From: Acidimicrobiales bacterium
GTDB taxonomy: Bacteria; Actinomycetota; Acidimicrobiia; Acidimicrobiales; RAAP-2
Direction of reading: 5' to 3'
NCBI GenBank assembly: GCA_035569675.1
Contig: DATMMN010000145.1
Coordinates: 361-64,360, forward strand
DNA length: 64,000 nt
In this document: piece after piece, positions 27,188-36,506 of the stretch
Layout: each line of letters opens with the position of its first letter
Numbering within the stretch: position 1 is the stretch's first letter
The notes under the pieces: model-generated
What the model was told of the DNA's origin: nothing
Database searches by the model: none
Seen by the model: the letters and a program-made list of their open reading frames with translations, nothing else
Position numbers and translations under genes: made by a program

Positions 27188-30100
27188 GTCGGTTGAGTAC
27201 GCCGAACTGCACGTGCACTCGGGGTTCAGCTTCCTCGACGGGAGTAGCGACCCCGAGGAACTGGTGGCCGAGGCCGACCGGCTCGGATTGGCTGCGCTGG
27301 CGTTGACCGACCATCACGGCTTCTACGGCGTGGTGCGCTTCGCCGAGGCGGCGCGGGTGTGCGGGCTGCCGACGGTCTTCGGGAGCGAGGTCACGCTCGC
27401 GCCCGCCGGCCTGCGCACGGGCGAGCCCGACCCGACCGGCACGCACCTGGTCATCCTTGCCCGCGACCCCGACGGCTACGCGCGGCTGTCCACCGTGCTG
27501 GCCGACGCGCACCTCGAGGGCGGCGAGAAGGGAAAGCCGATCTTCACCCTCGACGCGTTGGCCCGCGCCGCGGGCGGGCACTGGCTGGTGCTCAGTGGTT
27601 GTCGGAAAGGGGCGGTCCCCGCCGCGCTGATGGAAGCAGGGCCCAGCGCGGCCGCCAAGGAAGTCGGACGCCTCATTGACGCCTTCGGGCGCGCCAACGT
27701 CGCCCTCGAGCTGTGGGACCACGGCGATCCGATCGACGCCGCGCGCAACGACGCACTGGCGCGCCTGGCTGTCGAGTGGGGCGTCGACGCGGTCGCCACC
27801 AACAACGTGCACTACGCGACGCCGGCCGGGTTCCGCCTCGCCACCACGCTCGCCGCCGTGCGGGCGCGCCGCCCTTTGGCCGAGCTCGAAGGCTGGCTGC
27901 CCCCGGCTCCGGTGGCCTGCCTGCGCTCCGCCGGCGAGCAGAGCCGGCGCTTCGCGCGCTGGCCCGGTGTCGTCGAGCGGGCCGCCGAGCTCGGGCGCGC
28001 CTGCGCGTTCGACCTTCGCCTCGTGGCGCCGCGGCTGCCCGACTTCCCCGTCCCCGACGGCATGACCGAACAGAGCTACCTGCGCCACCTGGTGCACGAG
28101 GGGGCTTTGGTTCGGTACGGGCCGCCGGAGTGCGAGCGCGTGGCGGGGGCGTGGAAGCAGATCGAGCACGAGCTCGACGTGATCGGCACGCTCGGCTTCG
28201 CCGGCTACTTCCTCGTCGTGTGGGACATCGCGCGGGTGTGCCGGGAGCTGAACATCTATTGCCAGGGGCGTGGGTCGGCGGCGAACTCCGCCGTCTGTTA
28301 CGCGCTCGGCGTCACCAACGTCGACGCGGTCGACCTCGGGCTGCTGTTCGAGCGGTTCTTGTCGCCGGCGCGGGACGGGCCACCGGACATCGACGTGGAC
28401 ATCGAGTCGGAGCGCCGCGAAGAGGTGATCCAGTACGTGTACGAGCGCTACGGCCGCCGGCACGCCGCGCAGGTGGCCAATGTCATCACCTATCGCCCCC
28501 GTTCGGCCGTGCGCGACGTGGGCAAGGCGTTCGGGTTTTCGCAAGAACAAGTCGACGCGTGGTCGGCCGGGATCGATGCGGGGCACGGGCGGGGGCCGTC
28601 GTCGGCGGCAGCGGTGCACGAGACGGTCGACCCGGCGGGTGGGGTCCCGGCGCTGGTGGCCGAGCTGGCTGCCGAGCTGCTGGACCGGCCGCGCCACCTC
28701 GGCATCCACTCGGCCGGCATGGTGCTGTGCGACCGGCCCGTGGTCGAGGTGTGCCCGGTCGAGTGGGGGCGTATGGAGGGCCGCTCCGTGCTGCAGTGGG
28801 ACAAGGACGACTGCGCCGCCATCGGGCTGGTGAAGTTCGACCTGCTGGGGCTCGGCATGCTCGAGGCGCTGCACCGCATGGTCGACCTCGTGCGCGACTT
28901 CTACGGGACCGAGGTCGACCTGGCCCAGCTGCCGCAGGAGGACGCGGTCTACGACCTGCTGAGCGCGGCCGACACGGTCGGGGTCTTCCAGGTCGAGAGC
29001 CGGGCCCAGATGGGGACGCTGCCGCGGGTGCGGCCGCGCACGTTCTACGACATCGCGATCGAGGTGGCCTTGATTCGGCCGGGGCCGATTCAGGGGCACG
29101 CGGTCAACCCCTACATCCGGCGCCGGCGGGGCGAAGAGCCGGTGACGTACCTGCACCCGTTGCTCGAGCCGATTCTCGAACGGACGCTCGGGGTGCCGTT
29201 GTTCCAGGAGCAGCTGATGGAGATGGCGGTCGCCATCGCCGGGTTCTCGGCGGCCGACGCTGACGAGCTGCGCCAGGCCATGGCGGCCAAGCGTTCGGCG
29301 GCGCGCATGGAGAAGATGCGCGCTCGTCTGTACGAGGGCATGGCGGAGCGGGGTGTGACGGGCGCGGTGGCCGACCAGGTCTTCGACGCGCTGGCGGCGT
29401 TCGCCAACTTCGGGTTTCCCGAGTCGCACTCGGTGTCGTTCGCGTATCTTGTGTACTCGTCGGCCTGGTTGAAGCTGCACTACCCGGCGGCGTTCACCGC
29501 GGGGTTGTTGAACTCGCAACCGATGGGCTTCTGGTCGCCCCAGTCACTGGTGGCCGACGCGCGGCGTCACGGGGTGCGGGTGCGCCGGCCGCACGTGAAC
29601 CGCTCGGAGGTGGGGGCGTGTTTGGAGGGGGTGCGGTCGGACCCGGTGCTGCTGCTGGGGCTCGGGTCGGTGCGCGGGGTGGGGGAGGCGACGGCCGAAC
29701 GGATCGTGGCGGGACGGCGGGAGCGGCCCTGGTCGGGGAGCGAGGACCTGGTGCGGCGGGCGGGGGTGACGCAGGCCCAGCTCGAGACGCTGGCGGCGGC
29801 GGGGGCGTTGGACCCCGTGGGCGAGGACGTGCCGGGGTCGGTGACCTCTCTGCGCCGGCGTTTGTTGTGGGGGGCGGGGGCGGCGGCTCAGGGGACGCCC
29901 GACCGGCTGCCGGGCGTGGTGGTGGGAGCCGAGGCGCCGCCGCTGCCGGAGCCGAGTTTGTACGACTCGGTCGCCGATGACCTGTGGGCGCTGGGGCTGG
30001 CGCCCGAGCGCACGGCGATGCATCTGGCGCGGGAGCGGCTCGAGGCGATGGGTGTGATGACGGCGGTGGCGCTGGAGTCGTCGTCGTTCGCCGACGGGGA

Positions 30101-30374
30101 CCGGGCGGTCGTGGCCGGCGTGGTGACGCACCGCCAGCACCCCGAGACGGCGCGCGGCGCGGTGTTCCTCAACCTGGAGGACGAGACTGGGCACGTGAAC
30201 GTGGTGTTCTCGCGGGGCGCCTGGGCGCGCTGGAAGCACGTGGCCCGGCACACGCCGGTCCTGTTGATCCGCGGCCGCGTGCGCAAGGGCCAGGGGGCAG
30301 TGAGCTTCGACGCCGAGCGGGTCGAGGCACTCGTCGTGGGGACGGCCGTGCCGGCGAGCCGGGACTTCCGCTGA
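27180..30374 (+). CDS. dnaE2: error-prone DNA polymerase III alpha subunit DnaE2
   Basis: 1064 aa. PHP domain ELHVHSGFSFLDG, polymerase core and OB-fold tail. Sits downstream of imuA'-imuB. Confidence 0.95.
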   Translation: MTESVEYAELHVHSGFSFLDGSSDPEELVAEADRLGLAALALTDHHGFYGVVRFAEAARVCGLPTVFGSEVTLAPAGLRTGEPDPTGTHLVILARDPDGYARLSTVLADAHLEGGEKGKPIFTLDALARAAGGHWLVLSGCRKGAVPAALMEAGPSAAAKEVGRLIDAFGRANVALELWDHGDPIDAARNDALARLAVEWGVDAVATNNVHYATPAGFRLATTLAAVRARRPLAELEGWLPPAPVACLRSAGEQSRRFARWPGVVERAAELGRACAFDLRLVAPRLPDFPVPDGMTEQSYLRHLVHEGALVRYGPPECERVAGAWKQIEHELDVIGTLGFAGYFLVVWDIARVCRELNIYCQGRGSAANSAVCYALGVTNVDAVDLGLLFERFLSPARDGPPDIDVDIESERREEVIQYVYERYGRRHAAQVANVITYRPRSAVRDVGKAFGFSQEQVDAWSAGIDAGHGRGPSSAAAVHETVDPAGGVPALVAELAAELLDRPRHLGIHSAGMVLCDRPVVEVCPVEWGRMEGRSVLQWDKDDCAAIGLVKFDLLGLGMLEALHRMVDLVRDFYGTEVDLAQLPQEDAVYDLLSAADTVGVFQVESRAQMGTLPRVRPRTFYDIAIEVALIRPGPIQGHAVNPYIRRRRGEEPVTYLHPLLEPILERTLGVPLFQEQLMEMAVAIAGFSAADADELRQAMAAKRSAARMEKMRARLYEGMAERGVTGAVADQVFDALAAFANFGFPESHSVSFAYLVYSSAWLKLHYPAAFTAGLLNSQPMGFWSPQSLVADARRHGVRVRRPHVNRSEVGACLEGVRSDPVLLLGLGSVRGVGEATAERIVAGRRERPWSGSEDLVRRAGVTQAQLETLAAAGALDPVGEDVPGSVTSLRRRLLWGAGAAAQGTPDRLPGVVVGAEAPPLPEPSLYDSVADDLWALGLAPERTAMHLARERLEAMGVMTAVALESSSFADGDRAVVAGVVTHRQHPETARGAVFLNLEDETGHVNVVFSRGAWARWKHVARHTPVLLIRGRVRKGQGAVSFDAERVEALVVGTAVPASRDFR

Positions 30375-30472
30375 ACGAGGTCTTGGGTCGAGGCCCTAGC
30401 CTGAGCCATGCACGGTCCGCTCCGGCCCGCTCGCCGGGCCAGGCGGGACCGATCGTCCGAGGAGGGAGCACC

Positions 30473-30937
30473 ATGCTGCTGAAGGGACTGAACCACGTCG
30501 GCCTGATCACGAACGACGCGACCCGCCTGAACGACTTCTACAAAGAGGTCTTCGACGCAGAGATCCTGCGGGACGGTTCCGAACTCCCCGATGGCAAGGG
30601 CCCCCGGATGTCCATCATCAAGATCGGGGACTGGGCCGAGCTCAACGTCTTCCAGATCGAGGGGAACACCGAAGCCGACCGCCAGACGCCGATGTTCGGC
30701 CGCGGCCGGCTCGACCATTTGGCGTTGCAGGCGGATTCGCTCGACGCGTTCGAGACGATCCGCTCGCGGCTGATGGAGCGAGGTGCGGCGGACGACTTCG
30801 TCACCGACTTCGGGCCGATGCTGAGCCTCTTCTTCCGGGACCCCGACGGTCTGGAGTGCGAGTGTTGCGTGGAGAACCCCGACGCCGTCCCGGGTGAGTT
30901 CCACCCGCCGGGAACCAGGGCGGCGCGCTACTCCTGA
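30473..30937 (+). CDS. VOC/glyoxalase family protein
   Basis: LNHVGLITND...DHLALQ...FRDPDGLECE pattern. RBS GGAGGGA before ATG 30473. Confidence 0.8.
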   Translation: MLLKGLNHVGLITNDATRLNDFYKEVFDAEILRDGSELPDGKGPRMSIIKIGDWAELNVFQIEGNTEADRQTPMFGRGRLDHLALQADSLDAFETIRSRLMERGAADDFVTDFGPMLSLFFRDPDGLECECCVENPDAVPGEFHPPGTRAARYS

Positions 30938-31599
30938 ACCGCGACGGCCGCGGCAGTTCTTTGCTGGGTCTTTGACGGCTCCGCTGAGATGCGAAACGCG
31001 CCGAGCATGTCGGTGATCAACGCCAGGACTTCGCTGCGGGCCTCGCCAGGGTCATTGGACTCGGCGATATAGAGGCAACCCTCACCGAGCGCCCCCATCA
31101 GCAGCAGCGCCAGCGGGCGAAGGGGTCGTCGTTCGAAGACTCCGGCGTGCATCGCCTTACGCAACGCCCCGCGGAGCGCGACAGCGCCGAAGCGGTTCTC
31201 GATTTCCCGCACTTCGTACCAACCGAGGACGGCGCGTGCGTCCTGCAGGGCGATGGTGCGTATGGCTGGATCGAGGTGCGCGTCGATCCACAGCGCGCAG
31301 CCGTCCAGGAGCGCGGTCCACGAGTCGGGCCCGAGAAACTCGGCCGCCGCCTGATCGGTGACCTCGGTGTGGACCTGTTCGAACACGGCCCGGAACAACC
31401 CCTCCTTGCCGTCGAAGTGGTGGTAAACGGCGCCTTTGGTGACGCCGGCCCGGGCCACGATCTCGTCGATGGAGGTGTCGACGTACCCCTTCTCGCCGAA
31501 AAGCTCGCGGGCGGCCCTGACCAGCGATGCCCTGGTCGCGTCGCCCTGCGCGACGCGGCGGTCCTGCCGCCCCTTGACATCCGTACCTTTGGTATGCAT
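30928..31599 (-). CDS. TetR/AcrR family transcriptional regulator
   Basis: HTH region GYVDTSIDEIVARAGVTKGAVYHHFDGKE. Confidence 0.85.
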   Translation of the reverse strand: MHTKGTDVKGRQDRRVAQGDATRASLVRAARELFGEKGYVDTSIDEIVARAGVTKGAVYHHFDGKEGLFRAVFEQVHTEVTDQAAAEFLGPDSWTALLDGCALWIDAHLDPAIRTIALQDARAVLGWYEVREIENRFGAVALRGALRKAMHAGVFERRPLRPLALLLMGALGEGCLYIAESNDPGEARSEVLALITDMLGAFRISAEPSKTQQRTAAAVAVQE

Positions 31600-31619
31600 A
31601 ATAACGTACCAATCGTATG

Positions 31620-31636
31620 TGAGAGAGATACTCTCA
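31620..31636. promoter_or_regulatory. candidate TetR operator (inverted repeat)
   Basis: TGAGAG-AGATA-CTCTCA in the AT-richer 65-bp divergent spacer between tetR and the DUF4242 gene. Confidence 0.3.
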
Positions 31637-31664
31637 GTATGGTATCAGGTTGGAGGTTGTACGC

Positions 31665-31937
31665 ATGCCGAAGTACGTGATTGAGCGGGAGCTCCCCGGA
31701 GCAGGCAAGTTGACGGCCCAGGAACTTCACGACATCAGCGAGAAGTCCAACAAGGTCATCGCGAGCCTGGGCCCCGAGATCAAATGGCTCCAGAGTTACG
31801 TCACCGACGACAAGATCTACTGCGTCTACGTCGCACCAGACCCGGACGTCATCTTCGAGCACGCTCGCTGCGGCAGCTTCCCCTGCGACAGCGTCTCGCT
31901 GGTCTCGACGGTCATCGATCCTTCGACGGGGGACTGA
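31665..31937 (+). CDS. DUF4242-like small protein
   Basis: MPKYVIERELPGAGKLT...IYCVYVAP pattern of the DUF4242 family (from memory). RBS GGAGG upstream. Confidence 0.55.
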   Translation: MPKYVIERELPGAGKLTAQELHDISEKSNKVIASLGPEIKWLQSYVTDDKIYCVYVAPDPDVIFEHARCGSFPCDSVSLVSTVIDPSTGD

Positions 31938-31960
31938 CTCCGTTTCGACGGGGGCTCGCT

Positions 31961-33199
31961 TCAGCTGCCGAGCGCGGCTGCTTTCACGATGAGGTAGTCG
32001 CGCTCGCGCGTGTTGGCGGAGGCCCCGGCGGCTGTGATGTATTCGGCCCTGGCTGCGTCCTTGTCTCCACTCATCTCCAACAGGTGTGCCCGTACGGCGT
32101 GGACGCGGTGGGATTCGTAGAGCGTGTCACTGGTCGCGAGCTCGTCGACAATGACGAGCGCGGCGTCGGGTCCTTCCACCATGGCCACGGCGACGGCGCG
32201 GTTGAGGCGCACGACCGGGTTGTCGGTGCGGCGCTCGAGGAGCGTGTAGAGCGCCAGGATCCGCGGCCAGTCCGTCTCCTCGTGGCTCGGGGCCCCGTCG
32301 TGGAGTGCGGCGATGGCCGCCTGCGCGGTGTAATCGCCGACCGGGCTGTGTTCGAGGGCGGTTGCAACCAACGAAGTGCCCTCGACGATGAGCGAACCGT
32401 CCCACAGAGTGCGCTCCTGCTCTTGCAGCGGCACGAGGGCGCCGGCCGCGGTCGTGCGTGCCGGTCGCCGTGCCTCGGTCAGCAGCATGAGGGCGAGCAG
32501 GCCGGTGACTTCGGCCTCTTCGGGCGCGAGGTCGTGCAGCAGGCGCCCGAGCCGGATCGCCTCGGCGGACAGGTCCGCACGCTCGAGCTCGGGACCGTGG
32601 CTGGACGCGTACCCCTCGTTGAAGACGAGGTAGACGACGCGTACGACCAGGGCCAGGCGTTCGCCCCTCGCGTCGGCGTCGGGCAGGGCGAACGGCTCAT
32701 GCGACTTGGTGATGGAGCCTTTGGCCCGGCTGATCCGTTGCGCCATGGTCGCCTCGGGGACCAGGAACGCGGCGGCAATCTCTTTGGTGGTCAACCCGCC
32801 GAGCGCACGGAGCGTCAGAGCTACCGCGGCGGCCGGCGGCAGAGTGGGATGGCAACACATGAAGAACAGGACGAGGGTGTCGTCGCGCCCGGGTCCGGGT
32901 TCGGGCGGTTCCCTCGACCAGGACGCGGCGAGGTCTTGCCGCCGCCTTCGCGCTTCGTCACTGCGGTAGAGGTCCGTCATGCGCCGGGACGCAGCTCGGA
33001 CCAGCCACCCGAGCGGGTTGTCCGGGATGCCCTTGGACGGCCATGTCGTGCTGGCGGCCAGTAGCGCCTCTTGGACGGCGTCCTCGGCATCGTAGAAGTG
33101 CCCGTAGCGGCGGACGACGACGCCGAGAGCCCGCGGCGCGAGCTCGCGCAGCAGGCCCTCGACGCGATCGGGGACGTCGCCTTCGCCGTCGATGCTCAC
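31961..33199 (-). CDS. ECF sigma factor with long C-terminal extension (ECF42-type)
   Basis: Sigma-2/sigma-4 regions (DAEDAVQEA...; LGGLTTKEIAAAFLVPEATMAQRISRAK) plus an extension of about 200 aa. 4-nt overlap with the upstream YciI/DGPF gene. Confidence 0.8.
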   Translation of the reverse strand: MSIDGEGDVPDRVEGLLRELAPRALGVVVRRYGHFYDAEDAVQEALLAASTTWPSKGIPDNPLGWLVRAASRRMTDLYRSDEARRRRQDLAASWSREPPEPGPGRDDTLVLFFMCCHPTLPPAAAVALTLRALGGLTTKEIAAAFLVPEATMAQRISRAKGSITKSHEPFALPDADARGERLALVVRVVYLVFNEGYASSHGPELERADLSAEAIRLGRLLHDLAPEEAEVTGLLALMLLTEARRPARTTAAGALVPLQEQERTLWDGSLIVEGTSLVATALEHSPVGDYTAQAAIAALHDGAPSHEETDWPRILALYTLLERRTDNPVVRLNRAVAVAMVEGPDAALVIVDELATSDTLYESHRVHAVRAHLLEMSGDKDAARAEYITAAGASANTRERDYLIVKAAALGS

Positions 33200-33594
33200 A
33201 CCTCCGGGTCGGGGGCGGCCATCACCTGGCGCACCTCGATCCGCTGGCGGATCGGTGCGCCGCCCTGGCCGGGTGCCGCCGAGATCCGGGCAGCGATCTC
33301 GACCGCCCGTTCGGGCGTGTCGACCTCGACGATCCGGTAGCCAGCCAGCAGCTCCTTGGCCTCGGGAAACGGTCCGTCGGTCACGAGCGGTGTGGTGCCG
33401 TCGGACACGACATAACGGGCCTCGTCGGGACCGGCCAAACCCTGGGCGTCGATCAGCTCACCGAGCTCCTCGAGCTGGCGGTTGAGCGTCAACTGGAACT
33501 GCACGTGAGCGGCGACCTCCTCGGGGGTCCACTCGTACATCGGTGCACAGTCACCCTCGATGCCTCCGTAGTTCTGCAGCAGCATGAATCGCAT
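33196..33594 (-). CDS. YciI/DGPF-family protein
   Basis: MRFMLL...TDGPFPEAKELLAGY (DGPF motif). Coupled to the sigma factor gene. Confidence 0.8.
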   Translation of the reverse strand: MRFMLLQNYGGIEGDCAPMYEWTPEEVAAHVQFQLTLNRQLEELGELIDAQGLAGPDEARYVVSDGTTPLVTDGPFPEAKELLAGYRIVEVDTPERAVEIAARISAAPGQGGAPIRQRIEVRQVMAAPDPEV

Positions 33595-33735
33595 TGCTCC
33601 ATCCTTCCTCGTAGGGCGCCTGGGTGGCGCCGTTCGGGAAGGTGTCGGAGCCGGAGTCGGGTTCTCGACACCTTCCGGAAGCAATTTCCGAACAGGTGGC
33701 AGACTGTCCCGACCTCGTAGACAAGGAGCGACCAG

Positions 33736-34029
33736 GTGATCCGACTGTCCGTGTTCTACCCCTCATCGGAGGGTTCCACGTTCGACCACGACTACTACCG
33801 GGAGAAGCATGTGCCGCTCGCCGTTAAGGCGTGGGGCCTTACCACGGCGGACATCGACAAAGGCGTCGACGGCCCGTATGTCGCGGCCGTGCACTTCGAG
33901 TTCGACTCGGTCGAGGCCATCCAAGCGGCGATGGCGGCCGAGGCCACCGGCGAGGTACTGGCCGACGTGGCCAACTACACGAACATCACGCCGGTCCTCC
34001 AGACGAGCGAGATCATCCCGCTCGGCTGA
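33736..34029 (+). CDS. EthD family reductase-like protein
   Basis: 97 aa. RLSVFYP...FDHDYYREKHVPL pattern. GTG start. Confidence 0.65.
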   Translation: MIRLSVFYPSSEGSTFDHDYYREKHVPLAVKAWGLTTADIDKGVDGPYVAAVHFEFDSVEAIQAAMAAEATGEVLADVANYTNITPVLQTSEIIPLG

Positions 34030-34295
34030 CGCCGAAGCGCGCCCGTTTCAGCGGACGGCGACCGCCAGTGTCGCCGTCACGGGGCTCGCACCCTCATCGT
34101 GGGGCAAGCGCAACGTGAGCTCGCCCGTGTCGGTGAAGGTGCCGCTGCCACCGTTGGGCGGGGCGTAGAACAGCGTCAACCCGTCGCCGGCGTGCGCACA
34201 CGCGTTCGCGGAATTCTGCGTGCGTGGTGTGCGTTGCTTGTCGTGTAGGACGACGTCGCGGCCGGTTGCAGTTGCGGTGCGAACAGCCCACTCCG

Positions 34296-35360
34296 TCAGG
34301 TGACGACGAGACCTCGTCCCGTTACGAGTGGCAGGTCGAGCGCGGTCACCAGGCCCGGCGGTGCGCTGATGACCGCCGGGACCGCGTTGACAAGACGCAT
34401 CGCGGTCGCCTTCAACCCGGCGGTGTTGTGGTCACCGTCGGTGCCCATCAACTGCAGGTCGATCGTGTAGTTGGGCTCGCCTGTGATCTGCACCCGGTAG
34501 CAACCCTGGCCCGCCGGCTTGGGCCACTCGGCGCCGAGGTCGTCGCGCAGCCGCGTGACGTGCTCGACGACGACGACAGCACGGTCGCCCACCATCCCCC
34601 GGACCTCGAAGTGCAGTGCGGCGGCCGTGCCCGCCTTGATGGTGCCGGCGTCCACCTCGAAGTCCTCGGGCGCGGCCTCCCGCTCGTACCACTCGGTCAC
34701 ATCGGTCAGGGTCACGCCGAGGCCGGCTGCGATCTGGCGTACCACGCTGCCCCAGGCCATGGTCAGCACGCCAGGCGACAGCAGGAAGGGCACGTCATGC
34801 AGGTCCCGACCGAAGCCCATGATGTCGAAGAGCACCATCGGCTGGTTGTAGGTGTTGTAGTTGAGGATCTCCGCGCACCGAACCTCCTCGATGCGCTCGC
34901 AGACGCCGGAGAGGACCAGGGGGAGCGCGTCGTTGGCGAATCCGGGGTCGACGCCGTTGACGAACAGCGAGACGCCGGCGCGTTCGGCGGCCGCGATGAC
35001 GGGCGCGGCCATGGGGTCGTCCGGGGCCGGGTATTGCAGCATGACGGGGCTGGAGGAGACCACGTTGATGCCGGCGGCGAGGAAACGCTCCAGGTCGGCG
35101 AGCGCCTCGAAGATGCGGTCGTCGGCCATCGCCGTGTGGACGATGCAGTCAGGACGGAGCGCGAGCAGTGCGTCGATGTCGCTGGTGGCCGACACACCCA
35201 GGGTGTGACCGAGCCCGGCGAGCTCGCCAGCGTCCTTGCCGACCTTGTCAGGATTGGAGACGAAGAGGCCGACCAGATCGAGTTCGGGGTGGGCGTCGAT
35301 GCCGGCGAGCGCGTGGCGCCCGACGTTTCCCGTGCTCCATTGGACGACGCGGTACGGCAT
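34296..35360 (-). CDS. DapB-like NAD(P)H-dependent amine dehydrogenase family protein (paralog of 16180..17232)
   Basis: MPYRVVQWSTGNVGR N-terminus. Collinear similarity to the other copy. Confidence 0.6.
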   Translation of the reverse strand: MPYRVVQWSTGNVGRHALAGIDAHPELDLVGLFVSNPDKVGKDAGELAGLGHTLGVSATSDIDALLALRPDCIVHTAMADDRIFEALADLERFLAAGINVVSSSPVMLQYPAPDDPMAAPVIAAAERAGVSLFVNGVDPGFANDALPLVLSGVCERIEEVRCAEILNYNTYNQPMVLFDIMGFGRDLHDVPFLLSPGVLTMAWGSVVRQIAAGLGVTLTDVTEWYEREAAPEDFEVDAGTIKAGTAAALHFEVRGMVGDRAVVVVEHVTRLRDDLGAEWPKPAGQGCYRVQITGEPNYTIDLQLMGTDGDHNTAGLKATAMRLVNAVPAVISAPPGLVTALDLPLVTGRGLVVT

Positions 35361-35370
35361 GTCTGTTCTC

Positions 35371-36165
35371 CTAGAGGTCGGGGATCGGGAATTCGAGGTT
35401 GGGCGACTGCAGGCCACCGTCGACCTCGATCACCTTGCCCGTCACGTAGGCGCCGGCGGGTGAGACGAGGTAGAGGATGGCTGCGGCGATGTCCTCGACG
35501 TGCCCGATCCGCTTGAGCGGCGTGAGGTCTTCCATCGCTGTGCGCAACTCCTCGGTCGACATGACGATGTCGAGGGCGGAGGTCGCCGTCGACCCGACGC
35601 CGATGGCGTTCACACGGATCCGGGGAGCCAGGTCCCGCGAGGCGAGGCGGGTGTACTGCTCGACCGCGCCCTTCACCGTGCCGTAGCCGACGTAACCGCG
35701 GCCGGCGACGTGTCCCATGACCGAGGAGATGCTCACGATGGCCCCACCCGGATGATCGCCTTCGAGCATCCGCGGCACGGCCGCGCGGAGCAACGCGTGG
35801 CCGGCGGAGACGTTGAAGCGGAAGGCTTCTTCGAGGAAGCGAGGCGAGGTATCGAGGAAGGGGCGAGGCATGGTGCCGCCCATGTTGTTGACGACGATGT
35901 CGAGCCGGCCGAACTCGTTGTGCGCCGTCTCGGCCAGTGAGGCCATGAGGTCGAAGTCCGTCAGGTCCCCGGGGACGACGACGGCGCGACGCCCGGCCGC
36001 CTCCACCTGCTTCGCCACCTCACGCAGCTGGTCCTCGGTGCGGGCGGCCAGGACGACGTCCGCCCCGGCCTGAGCCAGTGCGACAGCCGCGCCGGCACCG
36101 ATGCCGCGCCCGCTGGCGGTCACGATGGCGACCTGGTCCGTGACGAGGAACTTGTCGAGGATCAT
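35371..36165 (-). CDS. SDR family oxidoreductase
   Basis: VAIVTASGRGIGAG, NNMG, and a Y...K active-site region (YGTVKGAV). Confidence 0.85.
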   Translation of the reverse strand: MILDKFLVTDQVAIVTASGRGIGAGAAVALAQAGADVVLAARTEDQLREVAKQVEAAGRRAVVVPGDLTDFDLMASLAETAHNEFGRLDIVVNNMGGTMPRPFLDTSPRFLEEAFRFNVSAGHALLRAAVPRMLEGDHPGGAIVSISSVMGHVAGRGYVGYGTVKGAVEQYTRLASRDLAPRIRVNAIGVGSTATSALDIVMSTEELRTAMEDLTPLKRIGHVEDIAAAILYLVSPAGAYVTGKVIEVDGGLQSPNLEFPIPDL

Positions 36166-36506
36166 CCGGCGAATGTAGTTGGCCGCCACGAGCCGAGCCG
36201 ATGGGTCGCTGCAGCCGAGGGGCGCGCGAGTCAGCGATGGGGCCGAAGACGCCGGCGGAGTCCAACCGGAACGGCGCAAAACCACGAGACCGAGCCGCCG
36301 CGGGCGACGGCTCCCGCCACCCGGGACGAACCCATACTCAGCCGTGGGGGAACACGCGCTGCCGGGGCCTCACTGCCAGCGCCTTCGGCCACCTGACTTC
36401 GATGCTAGGGAAGCCCGGATGCAGCCTCTAGGGCCAAAGGTCCCGGCAGCCGACGCACCTGGTGACACTCTGTCGATGACGACGACGTTGTGGTCGAGTT
36501 CTGGCA

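Noticed and set aside
36241-36390. Long-range inverted repeat GGCCGAAG...CTTCGGCC enclosing about 130 nt in the 340-bp gap between the SDR start and the ndh stop. Considered as a possible structured RNA, 6C-like element or B12-like element.
   Set aside because: Only 8 bp pair perfectly, which is expected by chance at this GC content. No conserved riboswitch core or C-rich loops were recognised.
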